Source of the DNA: Megasphaera elsdenii DSM 20460
GTDB taxonomy: Bacteria > Bacillota > Negativicutes > Veillonellales > Megasphaeraceae
NCBI RefSeq assembly: GCF_003010495.1
Contig: NZ_CP027570.1
Span: forward strand, 2,370,001-2,402,000
Reading direction: 5' to 3'
DNA length: 32,000 nucleotides
Notes under the pieces: generated by a model
What the model was told of the DNA's origin: nothing
What the model saw: only the letters and a program-made list of their open reading frames with translations
Databases searched by the model: none
In this document: positions 18,056 to 27,482 of the stretch, piece after piece
Numbering within the stretch: position 1 is the first letter of the stretch
Layout of the letters: each line of letters opens with the position of its first letter
Program-made: the position numbers and the translations under genes

Positions 18056-18793
18056 TTAACTCCGGCCTTCGCCGTCCTTGAGATCGTCGGCGATCTTATG
18101 GAGGACCTTCTTGGCCTGCTGACGGCGATGCCAGTACCACAGGCCGCCGTAGACGATGGCGATGACGATGAGGACGATGGTCAGGCGCATAGAATGTTCT
18201 TCCATCATGACCAGGTCGTGGCCGACCAGGACTTCGCAGGCTACAGACGGCAATTTGCCGATGAAGCAGCCCAGGATATAGTCGCGGTAGCTGATGCGGC
18301 TCAGCGCCCCCAGGGCCGTGACCAGGCCGTTCGGCGAATACGGGACGGCCCGGGCCAGGGTCATGGCCTGCCACGTACTGTAGTGGTCGAGCTTGCTGAG
18401 CATGCGGCTCTTCTCGATGACCTTCTTGGCCTTATGGCGGAACAGGGTCCGCATGAAGAAGAAGCTGATGATGACGCCGATAGTCTCGGCCACCCAGGAG
18501 ACGACGGTCCCGCCGACGACGCCGAAGAGGACGCCGTTGGCCGTGGAAATGAAGATGGACGGCAGGAAGCCGACGATGTTGATGACGATGTCGATGATCA
18601 TGCTGACCAGGACGGCCCAGGCGCCGAAGGAGCGCAGGTAGTCGATGGTCCCCTGCATATTGCCGCTCGTCGACAGCTGCCAGACCGTGCGGTAAAAGTC
18701 AGGGATGGCCACATAAATCGCGGCCAGCATGATCACTAAAACGGCAAAGAAAGCGATTTTGATATGTGTTTCATGAATCTGCTGCGTAGTCAT
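18056..18793 (-). CDS. TVP38/TMEM64 (DedA-related, SNARE-associated domain) membrane protein
   Basis: Multi-pass membrane protein with the family-like core (..ANGVLFG...ARAVPYSPNGLV..). Confidence 0.6.
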   Translation of the reverse strand: MTTQQIHETHIKIAFFAVLVIMLAAIYVAIPDFYRTVWQLSTSGNMQGTIDYLRSFGAWAVLVSMIIDIVINIVGFLPSIFISTANGVLFGVVGGTVVSWVAETIGVIISFFFMRTLFRHKAKKVIEKSRMLSKLDHYSTWQAMTLARAVPYSPNGLVTALGALSRISYRDYILGCFIGKLPSVACEVLVGHDLVMMEEHSMRLTIVLIVIAIVYGGLWYWHRRQQAKKVLHKIADDLKDGEGRS

Positions 18794-18807
18794 TCGGATG
18801 CCTCTTT

Positions 18808-19692
18808 CTATTTTCGTTCCTGCATCTTGGCCATTTCGGCAATCTTATCGTGCTTGAGCTTGGTCAGGTACATGGACCCGCCGATGATGAGCACGCCGCC
18901 GGCAACGGTCAGGCCCGTCAGGATTTCGCCAAAGATGACGAAGCCCCAGAGGGCGTTGAAGAAGACGCCGATATAGGAAACGAAGCTGACGACGACGGGA
19001 TTGGCCGTCGCATAAGCATTGGTCATCCAGATCTGGGCGATGACGCTGAACAACGCCAGACCGCCATAATAGATCCAGTCGCCATGAGCCGGCATGACGA
19101 AGCCGCCGGTCAGGGCCATGAGGACGATGCCGGCCAGGGCGGCACAGACCAGGAAGTACAGGACGACTTCATACGGGTGATGACGGCCGGAACCGGTGAG
19201 CTTGCTCACCGTTGTGTAGGCACCGGCGGCAAAGACGGCCTGCCCCAGGGCGAACAGGGAATAGACGTTGAAGGACGAAAAATTCCAGGGCCGGACGACG
19301 AGGCAGCCGCCGATGAAGATGATGAGCAGCGGCAATTTCGACCCAGGCGGCAGGACTTCCTTTAAGAAAAGCGCCGCGAAGAGCATGACGAAGAACGCCG
19401 ACAACTGGGAGATGATGGATACGTCGGCCAAGGGCATGCCGCGGAGGGCATAGAAGATGCAGATCATGCCGATGCCGCCGAGGACACCGCGCAGGGTCAG
19501 CGTCGGTATGTCCTGCTTCGACAGATGTACATGCTGGATGCGCATGAGCCCCAATATCAGAAGGGCACTGAGGAAGCCGCGGAAGAACGCGATTTCCCCA
19601 GTGCTCGTCGTATAGGACAATTCTTTTACGATGACATTCTGGATACTGAAGGCCAGGGCCGATAAGATAGCGTAAATAACCCCTTTACTCAA
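18808..19692 (-). CDS. EamA/DMT-family transporter
   Basis: About 10 TM segments and two EamA-like halves. Confidence 0.7.
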   Translation of the reverse strand: MSKGVIYAILSALAFSIQNVIVKELSYTTSTGEIAFFRGFLSALLILGLMRIQHVHLSKQDIPTLTLRGVLGGIGMICIFYALRGMPLADVSIISQLSAFFVMLFAALFLKEVLPPGSKLPLLIIFIGGCLVVRPWNFSSFNVYSLFALGQAVFAAGAYTTVSKLTGSGRHHPYEVVLYFLVCAALAGIVLMALTGGFVMPAHGDWIYYGGLALFSVIAQIWMTNAYATANPVVVSFVSYIGVFFNALWGFVIFGEILTGLTVAGGVLIIGGSMYLTKLKHDKIAEMAKMQERK

Positions 19693-19709
19693 ACCAAAGG
19701 CCTCTTTTC

Positions 19710-21212
19710 CTAGTGCTTGGCAGCAATGGCGTCGACAAAAGCCAGGACGGCTTTCTTCATGTCTTCTTTGTCGATGGAATCGCTGAAACGGACCGGTTTG
19801 TCCTTGAGATCAGCCAGGGGCTTGGGCAGGGCAATGCCCGTGACGCTGCTGATGTCGGCCAGCATGTCGAAGGGATCATCGCTCTGGCGCAGGGCCAGGG
19901 CTTCGCAGATGACCGGCGGGAATTTATAGGGATGAGCCGTCGCCATGACGACAGTGTGGCGGCCTTCGTCCAGGCCCTGGCGGTGGCGGTTCATGCCGAC
20001 GCCGTAAGCGACCGCCGTATGGGGATCGAGGAGATAGCCAAAATCATTGTAGACGTGGTTGATGACGGCCTTCGTTTCGTCATCGTCGATCCAGCCGCCT
20101 TCAAATTCCTGGCGGAGGGTCTTCAATTCCGCTTCCGAAACGCTCATCTTCCCCGTTTCCAGCAGGTCTTTTTCCCACTGGGCGACCTTTTGGGCATTCT
20201 GGCCGGCGACGTAGAACAAGAAGCGTTCAAAGTTGCTCGACAAGAGGATGTCCATAGACGGGCTCGACGTCGTATAGAAATCGCGGTTCATATCGTAGAC
20301 GCCGGTTTCAAAGAAGTCGGCCAGGACCTTGTTCTGATTGGATGCACAGATCAGTTTGCCAATGGGGATGCCCATTTTCTTGGCGAAATAGCCGGCCAGG
20401 ATATTGCCGAAATTCCCTGTCGGGACGATGACGTCGAATGTTTCGCCTTCGCTGATGGCGCCATTATCGACGAGGGAGACATACGTCGATACATAGTAAG
20501 CGACCTGCGGGAACAAGCGGCCGATGTTGATGGAGTTGGCGCTGGAGAAGAGGACGCCTTTTTCGTTGGCATAGGCATTGACTTCGGCGCTGGTGAAAAC
20601 GCGTTTCAAGAAGCTCTGAGCGTCGTCGAAATTGCCGTAAATGGCCGAAACCTTGACATTGTCCCCTTCCTGCTTCTGCATCTGCTGCTTCTGCATGGGG
20701 CTGACGCCTTCGCTGGGATAAAAGACCATGATATTCGTACCGGGTACATCTTTGAACCCTTCCAGGGCGGCTTTACCCGTGTCGCCGCTGGTCGCCGTCA
20801 GGATAAGGATATCCCGGTCTTCTTTTTCCTGCTTCTTGGCCGCCGTCAGCAAGTACGGGAACAACGACAGGGCCAGGTCCTTGAAGGCCAGCGTCCGGCC
20901 GTGGAACAGTTCGGCAATGGACAAATCCGTATCGATGGAATGGAGCGGTACGATGCGGTCATCGCGGAAAGTCGTATCATTGTAGGCCGAAGCGATCATC
21001 TGCTTCCGTTCTTCCGCCGTGAAATTCGTAAAGAAATGGGACAAGACGGCTTCAGCGATGTCCTGATAGGATTTGCCGGCCAGGTCTTTATAAGACAGGA
21101 CATTTTCCGGGAATGATTCCGGTACATAAAGGCCTCCGTCAGCAGCCAGCCCATGCAAGAGTGCATAAGACGGCGAAACACATTCGTCAGATCGTGTACT
21201 TCTAAAATTCAT
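19710..21212 (-). CDS. thrC: Threonine synthase (long form)
   Basis: 500 aa with the PLP lysine context (RTLAFKDLAL) and a typical ThrC N-terminus (FRSTRS..). Confidence 0.9.
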   Translation of the reverse strand: MNFRSTRSDECVSPSYALLHGLAADGGLYVPESFPENVLSYKDLAGKSYQDIAEAVLSHFFTNFTAEERKQMIASAYNDTTFRDDRIVPLHSIDTDLSIAELFHGRTLAFKDLALSLFPYLLTAAKKQEKEDRDILILTATSGDTGKAALEGFKDVPGTNIMVFYPSEGVSPMQKQQMQKQEGDNVKVSAIYGNFDDAQSFLKRVFTSAEVNAYANEKGVLFSSANSINIGRLFPQVAYYVSTYVSLVDNGAISEGETFDVIVPTGNFGNILAGYFAKKMGIPIGKLICASNQNKVLADFFETGVYDMNRDFYTTSSPSMDILLSSNFERFLFYVAGQNAQKVAQWEKDLLETGKMSVSEAELKTLRQEFEGGWIDDDETKAVINHVYNDFGYLLDPHTAVAYGVGMNRHRQGLDEGRHTVVMATAHPYKFPPVICEALALRQSDDPFDMLADISSVTGIALPKPLADLKDKPVRFSDSIDKEDMKKAVLAFVDAIAAKH

Positions 21213-21264
21213 CGATAAAATCCCCCTTTTTGGCTAACCTCATAGAATGGCTATAAGTAGTTCT

Positions 21265-21293
21265 ATTATAATGGGAAATCCCCATATTGTCCA
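21265..21293 (-). promoter_or_regulatory. thrC promoter (TGGACA-17 nt-TATAAT)
   Basis: On the minus strand: -35 at 21293..21288, -10 at 21270..21265. Confidence 0.6.
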
Positions 21294-21427
21294 CTGTTCC
21301 TCAAGGACTGACGGGCATTTTCCGCTTATCTTTCGGCCCCGGCGTCTCTTTGTTTTACCAGTAATCTGTAGTATAATGGAAAGGTAAACGATAAACTTGA
21401 TAAGCATCCGCAGAAATGAGGTATACC

Positions 21428-22963
21428 ATGGAAAAATTAGCCATCATCGACATGGGCTCTAACTCCATCCGCTTTGTCGTCATGCAGATTGCCGACAACC
21501 AGTCCTATTCCCTGCTCTACCAGGAAAAGGAAGCCATCCGCCTGGGCCACGGCCTGAGCCAGACCGGGGTCATCAGCGAAGAAGGGGTGCAGCGGGCCCT
21601 GACCTGCCTGCACGTCTATAAACACATCATGGAAGTCATGGACATCCATGAATGCCGGGCTGTCGCGACAGCAGCCGTCCGCAATGCCAGCAACGGCGAA
21701 GCCTTCTTGCAGCGCATCAATGCGGAAACGGGCATCACGATGGAAGTCATCAGCGGCGAACGCGAAGCGTACTTGGGTTATCTCGGCGTCATCAACACCA
21801 TTGCCATGAAAGATTTCCTCATCTTCGACCTGGGCGGTGCCAGCGTCGAAATGACCTTGGTCCGCAATGGCGAAGCCGTTCATTCTCTGTCGGTCCCCAT
21901 CGGCGCCGTCACGCTGACTGAAAAATTCGGCACCCAGGGCAACCCGGACGCCGACGCCATTGCCAGCCTGATGAAATTCGTCCGCAAAAAAATGGCCGCC
22001 GTCCCCTGGATCCAGGACATCCACCTGCCCATCGTCGGCATCGGCGGCACAGCCCGTAATTTCGCCAAGATGGACCAGCGGGCGACGAATTACGAATTGT
22101 CGAAGCTCCACAACTACATCATGCCCTTGGACCACTTCGAAGGCCTGTACCAGGAAATCACGACGCGGACCAGCGCCAACCGCAAGAAAATCGCCGGGCT
22201 GTCCAGCGAACGGTCAGACCTCATCGTCGCTGGTGCTGCCGTCATCAAGACCATCTTCGACATGACGGGCAGTCCGGAAATGGTCGTCAGCGGCTGCGGT
22301 CTCCGCGAAGGCTTGTTCTATGAATATTATGCCTCCTACTGCCACCTGCCCTCGCCTCGCTTCGACGACATCCTCGATTTCAGCGTCAAGAACTTCCTCG
22401 GGACCCTGAGCGGCGTCATCATCAACCAGGCCCACTACGACCAGGTCACGCGCATCGCAACGCAGCTCTTCGATCAGCTCCAGCCCCTCCACGGCTATGG
22501 CCCGCGGGAACGCCTCTTATTGCAGACGGCAGCCCGCATGCACGACGTCGGCAAGATTGTCAACTTCTACAATCACGCCCGCCACTCGGCCTTCATGATC
22601 GCCCACGCTCCGCTCTACGGCCTGACCCAGGTCGAACAGATCATTACCGGCTTCATCGCCGGCTTCCACCACGGCATCAGCCGCAAGATCATCCGGGCCT
22701 ACCGCTATGCCAACATGGCCTCGGCTGAAGACTGGATTATGATCCGCAAGCTCTCGACCATCCTGGCCCTGGCCGAAGCGTCGGACCTGACGTATGAACA
22801 AATCGTCACCAACGTCGAAGTCACGCTGGCCGAAAACGTCGCCGTCATGATCCTCACGACGACACCGGGCTCGACATACAACGCGGCCGACTACGAAATG
22901 AAACAACTGAGCAAACAATTCAAAAAAGAATTCGGTGCCTCCCTGCTCCTCGTCTGGAAATAA
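21428..22963 (+). CDS. Ppx/GppA-family phosphatase with a C-terminal HD domain
   Basis: The N-terminal IIDMGSNSIR (ASKHA fold) and ..RMHDVGK.. are present. Start at MEKLAII (ATG 21428), 6 nt after GAGG. Confidence 0.85.
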   Translation: MEKLAIIDMGSNSIRFVVMQIADNQSYSLLYQEKEAIRLGHGLSQTGVISEEGVQRALTCLHVYKHIMEVMDIHECRAVATAAVRNASNGEAFLQRINAETGITMEVISGEREAYLGYLGVINTIAMKDFLIFDLGGASVEMTLVRNGEAVHSLSVPIGAVTLTEKFGTQGNPDADAIASLMKFVRKKMAAVPWIQDIHLPIVGIGGTARNFAKMDQRATNYELSKLHNYIMPLDHFEGLYQEITTRTSANRKKIAGLSSERSDLIVAGAAVIKTIFDMTGSPEMVVSGCGLREGLFYEYYASYCHLPSPRFDDILDFSVKNFLGTLSGVIINQAHYDQVTRIATQLFDQLQPLHGYGPRERLLLQTAARMHDVGKIVNFYNHARHSAFMIAHAPLYGLTQVEQIITGFIAGFHHGISRKIIRAYRYANMASAEDWIMIRKLSTILALAEASDLTYEQIVTNVEVTLAENVAVMILTTTPGSTYNAADYEMKQLSKQFKKEFGASLLLVWK

Positions 22964-22975
22964 GGGTGCCGGGTG

Positions 22976-23012
22976 AAAAAGGCGCTGTCCTATGAAGACG
23001 GCGCCTTTTTGT
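22976..23012 (+). terminator. Intrinsic terminator after ppx
   Basis: AAAAAGGCGCTGTC, loop, GACGGCGCC, TTTTT. Confidence 0.8.
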
Positions 23013-23086
23013 GTTTGAAGTTGAAAGTTTGATGAAGGAGCCTCGCATGATGGCAGAAGCCTTCGTGCGACAGGGCCCTTTTTCTC

Positions 23087-23848
23087 TTATCGCCGCGTCA
23101 TGTCGGCGGCGGTGACGTCGGGATGGTGGTACTGGTCTTCGGCGAGGACCTTTTTTCCATGGACGGTGACGGCCTGCTGGGGACACCAGTGGACACAGGC
23201 CAGGCAATGGCTGCAATGGGACCCGATGACGGCTCGTTTGGCCGTACAGATGATATTGCTCACGGGGCAGATGCGGGCGCAGAGGCCGCAGGCAATGCAG
23301 CGTTCCCCGTCGACGGAAGGCGTCAGCCAGCGTTCCCCGGCACGGCGGACCAGGCCCAGGTTCATGAGCCAGGCCGATGCAGACGAACGGATGGCGTCGG
23401 TATCCCGGATCTGCCTGCGTATCTTATCGGCGGCAGCGGCAATCAGCTCATCGGCGTGGTCCAGGCGGTTCGTGTCGTAGCGGATATGGCGGCGCGACGC
23501 GATGGTGCTGTTGGCAATCATCGGCAAGACGGCGCCATACGACAAGGCACACTGCTGGCGCTGCAAAATCCGGTCCATCGTCTTGAGCGCCCGGCCGGCC
23601 GTACTGCCGCAGGTGGCGATGCCATAGAAATACGTCGATTTCTGGAACCGGACTTGTCTGATGAAATCCTGTACGGGGTCAGGAAGATCCCCGAAATAGA
23701 CGGGAAAGACGAAGCCGATGATGCGGTCCTGGATGCGCTGGCACCGTTCGTGGATAGCCGAAATGGGCACCGCCGTATCGCCGGTCAGTTCAGCCAGTTT
23801 CTTGGCCACATATAATGAATTTCCCGTTCCTGAAAAGTAAAGAATCAT
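23087..23848 (-). CDS. EFR1-type flavodoxin-like protein with two 4Fe-4S ferredoxin motifs
   Basis: The N-terminus MILYFSGTGNS is flavodoxin-like. The cluster motifs are CIACGLCARICP and CSHCLACVHWCP. Start at ATG 23848 after GGTGAG. Confidence 0.75.
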   Translation of the reverse strand: MILYFSGTGNSLYVAKKLAELTGDTAVPISAIHERCQRIQDRIIGFVFPVYFGDLPDPVQDFIRQVRFQKSTYFYGIATCGSTAGRALKTMDRILQRQQCALSYGAVLPMIANSTIASRRHIRYDTNRLDHADELIAAAADKIRRQIRDTDAIRSSASAWLMNLGLVRRAGERWLTPSVDGERCIACGLCARICPVSNIICTAKRAVIGSHCSHCLACVHWCPQQAVTVHGKKVLAEDQYHHPDVTAADMTRR

Positions 23849-23931
23849 AAGGCTCACCTCAGAGACCGCACTGCAAATTTCCCTTTTGCAGACGGACGGT
23901 ATTTTACATCCATTATAGCATGAAACCCTGT

Positions 23932-23973
23932 CATTTGTCTTGATACATTTGTCTTGATACATTTGTCTTTACA
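23932..23973. repeat. Three tandem 14-bp direct repeats (CATTTGTCTTGATA x2, then CATTTGTCTTTACA)
   Basis: Read directly. They overlap the radC stop codon (23969..23971) and the -35 region of a TATAAT promoter (23917..23912, minus) for the ferredoxin gene. Confidence 0.8.
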
Positions 23974-24658
23974 CGTATCCGCGTTCACAAAGGCTGACGA
24001 AAGTCCCGTCGCCAATGATGATATGGTCGAGGACGGGGATTTCCATGATCTGGCCGGCATCGGCAATGCGCTGGGTGACGACGATGTCCTCGTGGCTCGG
24101 TTCAGGGTTCCCCGACGGGTGGTTGTGGACCAGGACGACGGCCGCCGCATTGTAGCGCAAAGCATAACGGAAAACCTCCCGCGACTTGGCCAGGCTGGCG
24201 TTGATCGTACCGATGGTCAAAGTCCGATAGGCGATGAGCTGGTTCTTCGTCGATAAATAGACGGCGCCGAACTGTTCCTGCGGCAAAAAGCGCAGGTCTT
24301 CCATGACATAGCCGGCAATGGCCTGGGGCGTACTGAAATCGGGTGCCGCTTCCTTGACATGCTGCCGGGAAATGCGCCGTCCCAGCTCGACAGCGGCACA
24401 GACCGTGACGGCCTTGTCCGTCCCGATACCGGGAATCTGGCAGAGGTCACCGATACTGGTATCGCTGAGATAACAAATATTTTCCCCTGGCAGGGAATGG
24501 AGGACCTGCCGCGACACATCGAGGACGGATTGTCCCTTCGTACCCGTCCGCAATAAAATCGCCAGCAAATCCTGATCGGTCACAGCGGCCGGGCCGTGAC
24601 GGAGGAATTTTTCCCGCGGTTTCTCACAAACAGCGAGGCTGCGGAAAGGATCGCTCAT
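23969..24658 (-). CDS. radC: RadC-like JAB/MPN-domain protein
   Basis: HhH region (IPGIGTDKA) and JAMM motif (VLVHNHPSGNPEPSHED). The start ATG at 24658 overlaps the maf stop (ATGA). Confidence 0.85.
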   Translation of the reverse strand: MSDPFRSLAVCEKPREKFLRHGPAAVTDQDLLAILLRTGTKGQSVLDVSRQVLHSLPGENICYLSDTSIGDLCQIPGIGTDKAVTVCAAVELGRRISRQHVKEAAPDFSTPQAIAGYVMEDLRFLPQEQFGAVYLSTKNQLIAYRTLTIGTINASLAKSREVFRYALRYNAAAVVLVHNHPSGNPEPSHEDIVVTQRIADAGQIMEIPVLDHIIIGDGTFVSLCERGYV

Positions 24659-25215
24659 ACATGGACCTTGGCCTTGTGGAACAACTTGCATACCTGGGAC
24701 AAGGGCAGGCCGACGACATTGGTATAGGAACCGTTGATTTTATCGACGAAAGCCGCAGCCCGGCCCTGTATGCCATAGGCACCGGCTTTGTCCAGCGGTT
24801 CCCCGGAAGCGACATAGGCTTTGATTTCCTTTTCACTGAGCCGTCGGAACCAGACCTTCGTTTCGACGACCTTCGTGTATTCCTTGTGGCCATTGATCAG
24901 AGCGATGCCCGTATAGACGGAATGTTTCCTGCCCGATAATTCGCGGAGCATCTCGATGGCCGCCGCTTCATTCTTGGGTTTACCCAGCATTTCCCCATCG
25001 ATGGCGACGATCGTATCGGCCCCCAGGACCCACTGGCCCGGGAATTTCTCGGCTACATCGCGGGCTTTCCCCAGAGCCTGGGCCTGGACGTATTTCTCCG
25101 GGTCCTTCTTTTTCGGCGATTCTTCATTATACGTACTCGGATTGACCATATAGGCGACGCCGATTTGCGTCAACAGTTCGCGGCGACGGGGCGAACCAGA
25201 AGCTAAGATAAGCAT
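24655..25215 (-). CDS. maf: Maf-family nucleoside-triphosphate pyrophosphatase / septum formation protein
   Basis: MLILASGSPRRRELL ... typical Maf. Confidence 0.9.
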   Translation of the reverse strand: MLILASGSPRRRELLTQIGVAYMVNPSTYNEESPKKKDPEKYVQAQALGKARDVAEKFPGQWVLGADTIVAIDGEMLGKPKNEAAAIEMLRELSGRKHSVYTGIALINGHKEYTKVVETKVWFRRLSEKEIKAYVASGEPLDKAGAYGIQGRAAAFVDKINGSYTNVVGLPLSQVCKLFHKAKVHV

Positions 25216-25230
25216 GTAATCCCTCCTAAA

Positions 25231-25506
25231 TTACTGAAGATGACGGAAGAGGATGGCTGCCAGGATGACGCCGATGATGCTGAGCATGTTCGGAGCCAGG
25301 TGGATGCCAAACTGCAATTCCATGAGATAAAGATTGAGGTGAATATTCTGGATATTCAAGATTTCATAATGCTGCGTCAGCGCCGGCAGGATGCCCTTCA
25401 AGGCCGGGACCGCATACAACGCTTCCCCGACGATACCACCGAGGATGCCGCCGACGATGAGAAAGATAAAAAAGAACAGCAGGCTGTGTGAACCAGGGGT
25501 TTTCAT
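25231..25506 (-). CDS. DUF4321-like small membrane protein
   Basis: 91 aa with two hydrophobic segments. Its position upstream of maf-radC matches many Firmicutes. GGAGG RBS. Confidence 0.6.
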   Translation of the reverse strand: MKTPGSHSLLFFFIFLIVGGILGGIVGEALYAVPALKGILPALTQHYEILNIQNIHLNLYLMELQFGIHLAPNMLSIIGVILAAILFRHLQ

Positions 25507-25538
25507 GGACTACCTCCATTATACACGAAAGATACGAA

Positions 25539-25595
25539 GGGGCCGCCCTTTCTCATGAAATTCTAATCCATTCTGAGAAAGGCAGCCCCTTTTTT
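25539..25595. terminator. Long hairpin with a T-run on the plus strand, lying between two minus-strand genes
   Basis: GGGGCCGCCCTTTCTCA, 18-nt loop, TGAGAAAGGCAGCCCC, TTTTTT. In the glnS (minus) direction the stem is followed only by TTCGTATCTTT. Confidence 0.5.
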
Positions 25596-25606
25596 AATAA
25601 ATGACC

Positions 25607-27298
25607 TTATTGATTTTTCTTTTTCTGCATTTTAGCCCACGTATCGCGGAGGCCGACGATGCGGTTGACGACGAAATGGTCTGCCGTCGTATCGGGATCA
25701 ATGACAAAATAGCCCTGGCGCAGGAACTGGAACTTATCACCTACGTGGTACGTTGCCAATGCCTTTTCAGCCTTGCTGTGGTATACATCGAGGCTGTGGG
25801 GATTGATCTGGTCGAGGAAATCCTTGCTTTCCCCTTCTTCTTCGCTGCCATCGTCCTTGAGGAGATAATCATAGACGCGGGTTTCGACATCGACAGCATC
25901 TTCGGCGTTGACCCACTGCAGCGTCCCTTTGACCTTGCGGTTGGCGTTGGCACCACTGCCGCTCTTGCTTTCCGGATCATACGTGCAGTGCAGTTCGACG
26001 ATGTTGCCGTCTTCATCTTTGATGACTTCTTCGCACTTGATGATGTACGCATATTTGAGGCGGACTTCCTTGCCCGGAGCCAGGCGGAAGAATTTCTTGA
26101 CCGGTTCTTCCATGAAGTCATTGCGTTCGATGTAGAGGTTCTTGCTGAACGTCATTTCACGCGTGCCCATGGCTTCATTTTCCTGGTTGTTGTCGGCTGT
26201 CATCGTTTCCGTCTTGCCGTCGGGATAGTTGGTGAGGACGACCTTGATCGGGTCGATGACCGTCATCAGGCGCGGTGCTTTCAGCTTCAAGTCTTCGCGG
26301 ATGCAGTATTCCAAGAGAGAAATATCGACCAGGCTGTCAGCCTTGGCGACGCCGATGCGTTCGCAGAAGTCACGGATCGATTCCGGCGTGTAGCCGCGGC
26401 GGCGGATACCGGAAATGGTCGGCATACGCGGGTCATCCCAGCCGCTGACGATGCCCTTTTCGACGAGGAGACGCAGTTTGCGCTTGCTCGTGATCATGTT
26501 GGTGACATTCAGGCGGGCAAATTCGATCTGCCGCGGTTTCTGGCCTTCCGGATCGTCCCAGTCTTCGAGGACCCAGTTGTACAGCGGACGATGGGCTTCA
26601 AATTCCAGCGTGCAGATAGAATGTGTAATGCGTTCGATGGCGTCCGATACAGGATGAGCGAAGTCGTACATCGGATAGATGCACCACTTGTCGCCCGTCC
26701 GGTGATGCGAAGCATGGACGATACGGTAAATGACGGGGTCGCGCATATTGAGGTTCGGGCTGGCCATATCTATCTTGGCGCGCAGGACCTTTTCCCCATC
26801 GGCATACTTGCCGTCCTTCATTTCTTCAAAGAGCTGGAGATTTTCTTCGACACTGCGGTTGCGGTACGGGCTTTCCTTCCCCGGCGTATTGAACGTGCCG
26901 CGGTATTCGCGGATTTCATCACCCGACAGGTCATCGACATAAGCCTTGCCCAGGCGGATCAATTTCTTGGCATATTCATAGAGCTTATCGAAATAATCCG
27001 AAGCATAGAACATACGGTCATCCCAATCGAATCCGAGCCATTTGACATCTCGCTTGATCGATTCGACATATTCCGTATTTTCCTTGGACGGATTGGTATC
27101 ATCAAAACGGAGATTCGTCAGTCCGCCATATTTCTTGGCAATGCCGAAATTCAGGCAAATCGACTTGGCGTGGCCGAGGTGGAGATAGCCATTCGGTTCC
27201 GGCGGGAAACGGGTATGGACCCGCTTGCCATATGTATTCTTTTCGTTGTCTTCATCGATAATATTTTCAATAAAATTCTTGGTCGTTTCGTTATCCAT
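25607..27298 (-). CDS. glnS: Glutamine--tRNA ligase
   Basis: HIGH motif ([14 protein letters not shown]), a KMSKS-like motif (MITSKRKL) and 563 aa GlnRS architecture. Confidence 0.93.
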   Translation of the reverse strand: MDNETTKNFIENIIDEDNEKNTYGKRVHTRFPPEPNGYLHLGHAKSICLNFGIAKKYGGLTNLRFDDTNPSKENTEYVESIKRDVKWLGFDWDDRMFYASDYFDKLYEYAKKLIRLGKAYVDDLSGDEIREYRGTFNTPGKESPYRNRSVEENLQLFEEMKDGKYADGEKVLRAKIDMASPNLNMRDPVIYRIVHASHHRTGDKWCIYPMYDFAHPVSDAIERITHSICTLEFEAHRPLYNWVLEDWDDPEGQKPRQIEFARLNVTNMITSKRKLRLLVEKGIVSGWDDPRMPTISGIRRRGYTPESIRDFCERIGVAKADSLVDISLLEYCIREDLKLKAPRLMTVIDPIKVVLTNYPDGKTETMTADNNQENEAMGTREMTFSKNLYIERNDFMEEPVKKFFRLAPGKEVRLKYAYIIKCEEVIKDEDGNIVELHCTYDPESKSGSGANANRKVKGTLQWVNAEDAVDVETRVYDYLLKDDGSEEEGESKDFLDQINPHSLDVYHSKAEKALATYHVGDKFQFLRQGYFVIDPDTTADHFVVNRIVGLRDTWAKMQKKKNQ

Positions 27299-27420
27299 CG
27301 ATGTAACTCCCTTTCATATATGTATAAATGCCTTCAATACCACATTATACCGTGATTTACACCTATTTGGCAACCATTTTAGAGGGATTTGTGATGAGAG
27401 GCTGGTCCCGCCCGGAGCCA

Positions 27421-27449
27421 TTGCAAATATGTCATATTCCGAGTACAAT
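27421..27449 (+). promoter_or_regulatory. Promoter of the 27483 gene (TTGCAA-17 nt-TACAAT)
   Basis: -35 at 27421..27426, -10 at 27444..27449. Confidence 0.65.
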
Positions 27450-27482
27450 AAAGGTAATACGACTTAGGAGGTAATATACGTT

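Noticed and set aside
25507-25530. TATAAT directly upstream of the DUF4321 RBS as a promoter for DUF4321-maf-radC
   Set aside because: The hexamer abuts GGAGG, so a transcript initiating 6-8 nt downstream would lack the RBS. It is more likely coincidental, with transcription entering from upstream.
27299-27482. Search for a T-box or other leader upstream of glnS
   Set aside because: The region is only about 180 nt, is shared with a divergent promoter, and contains no T-box sequence or terminator/antiterminator pair.
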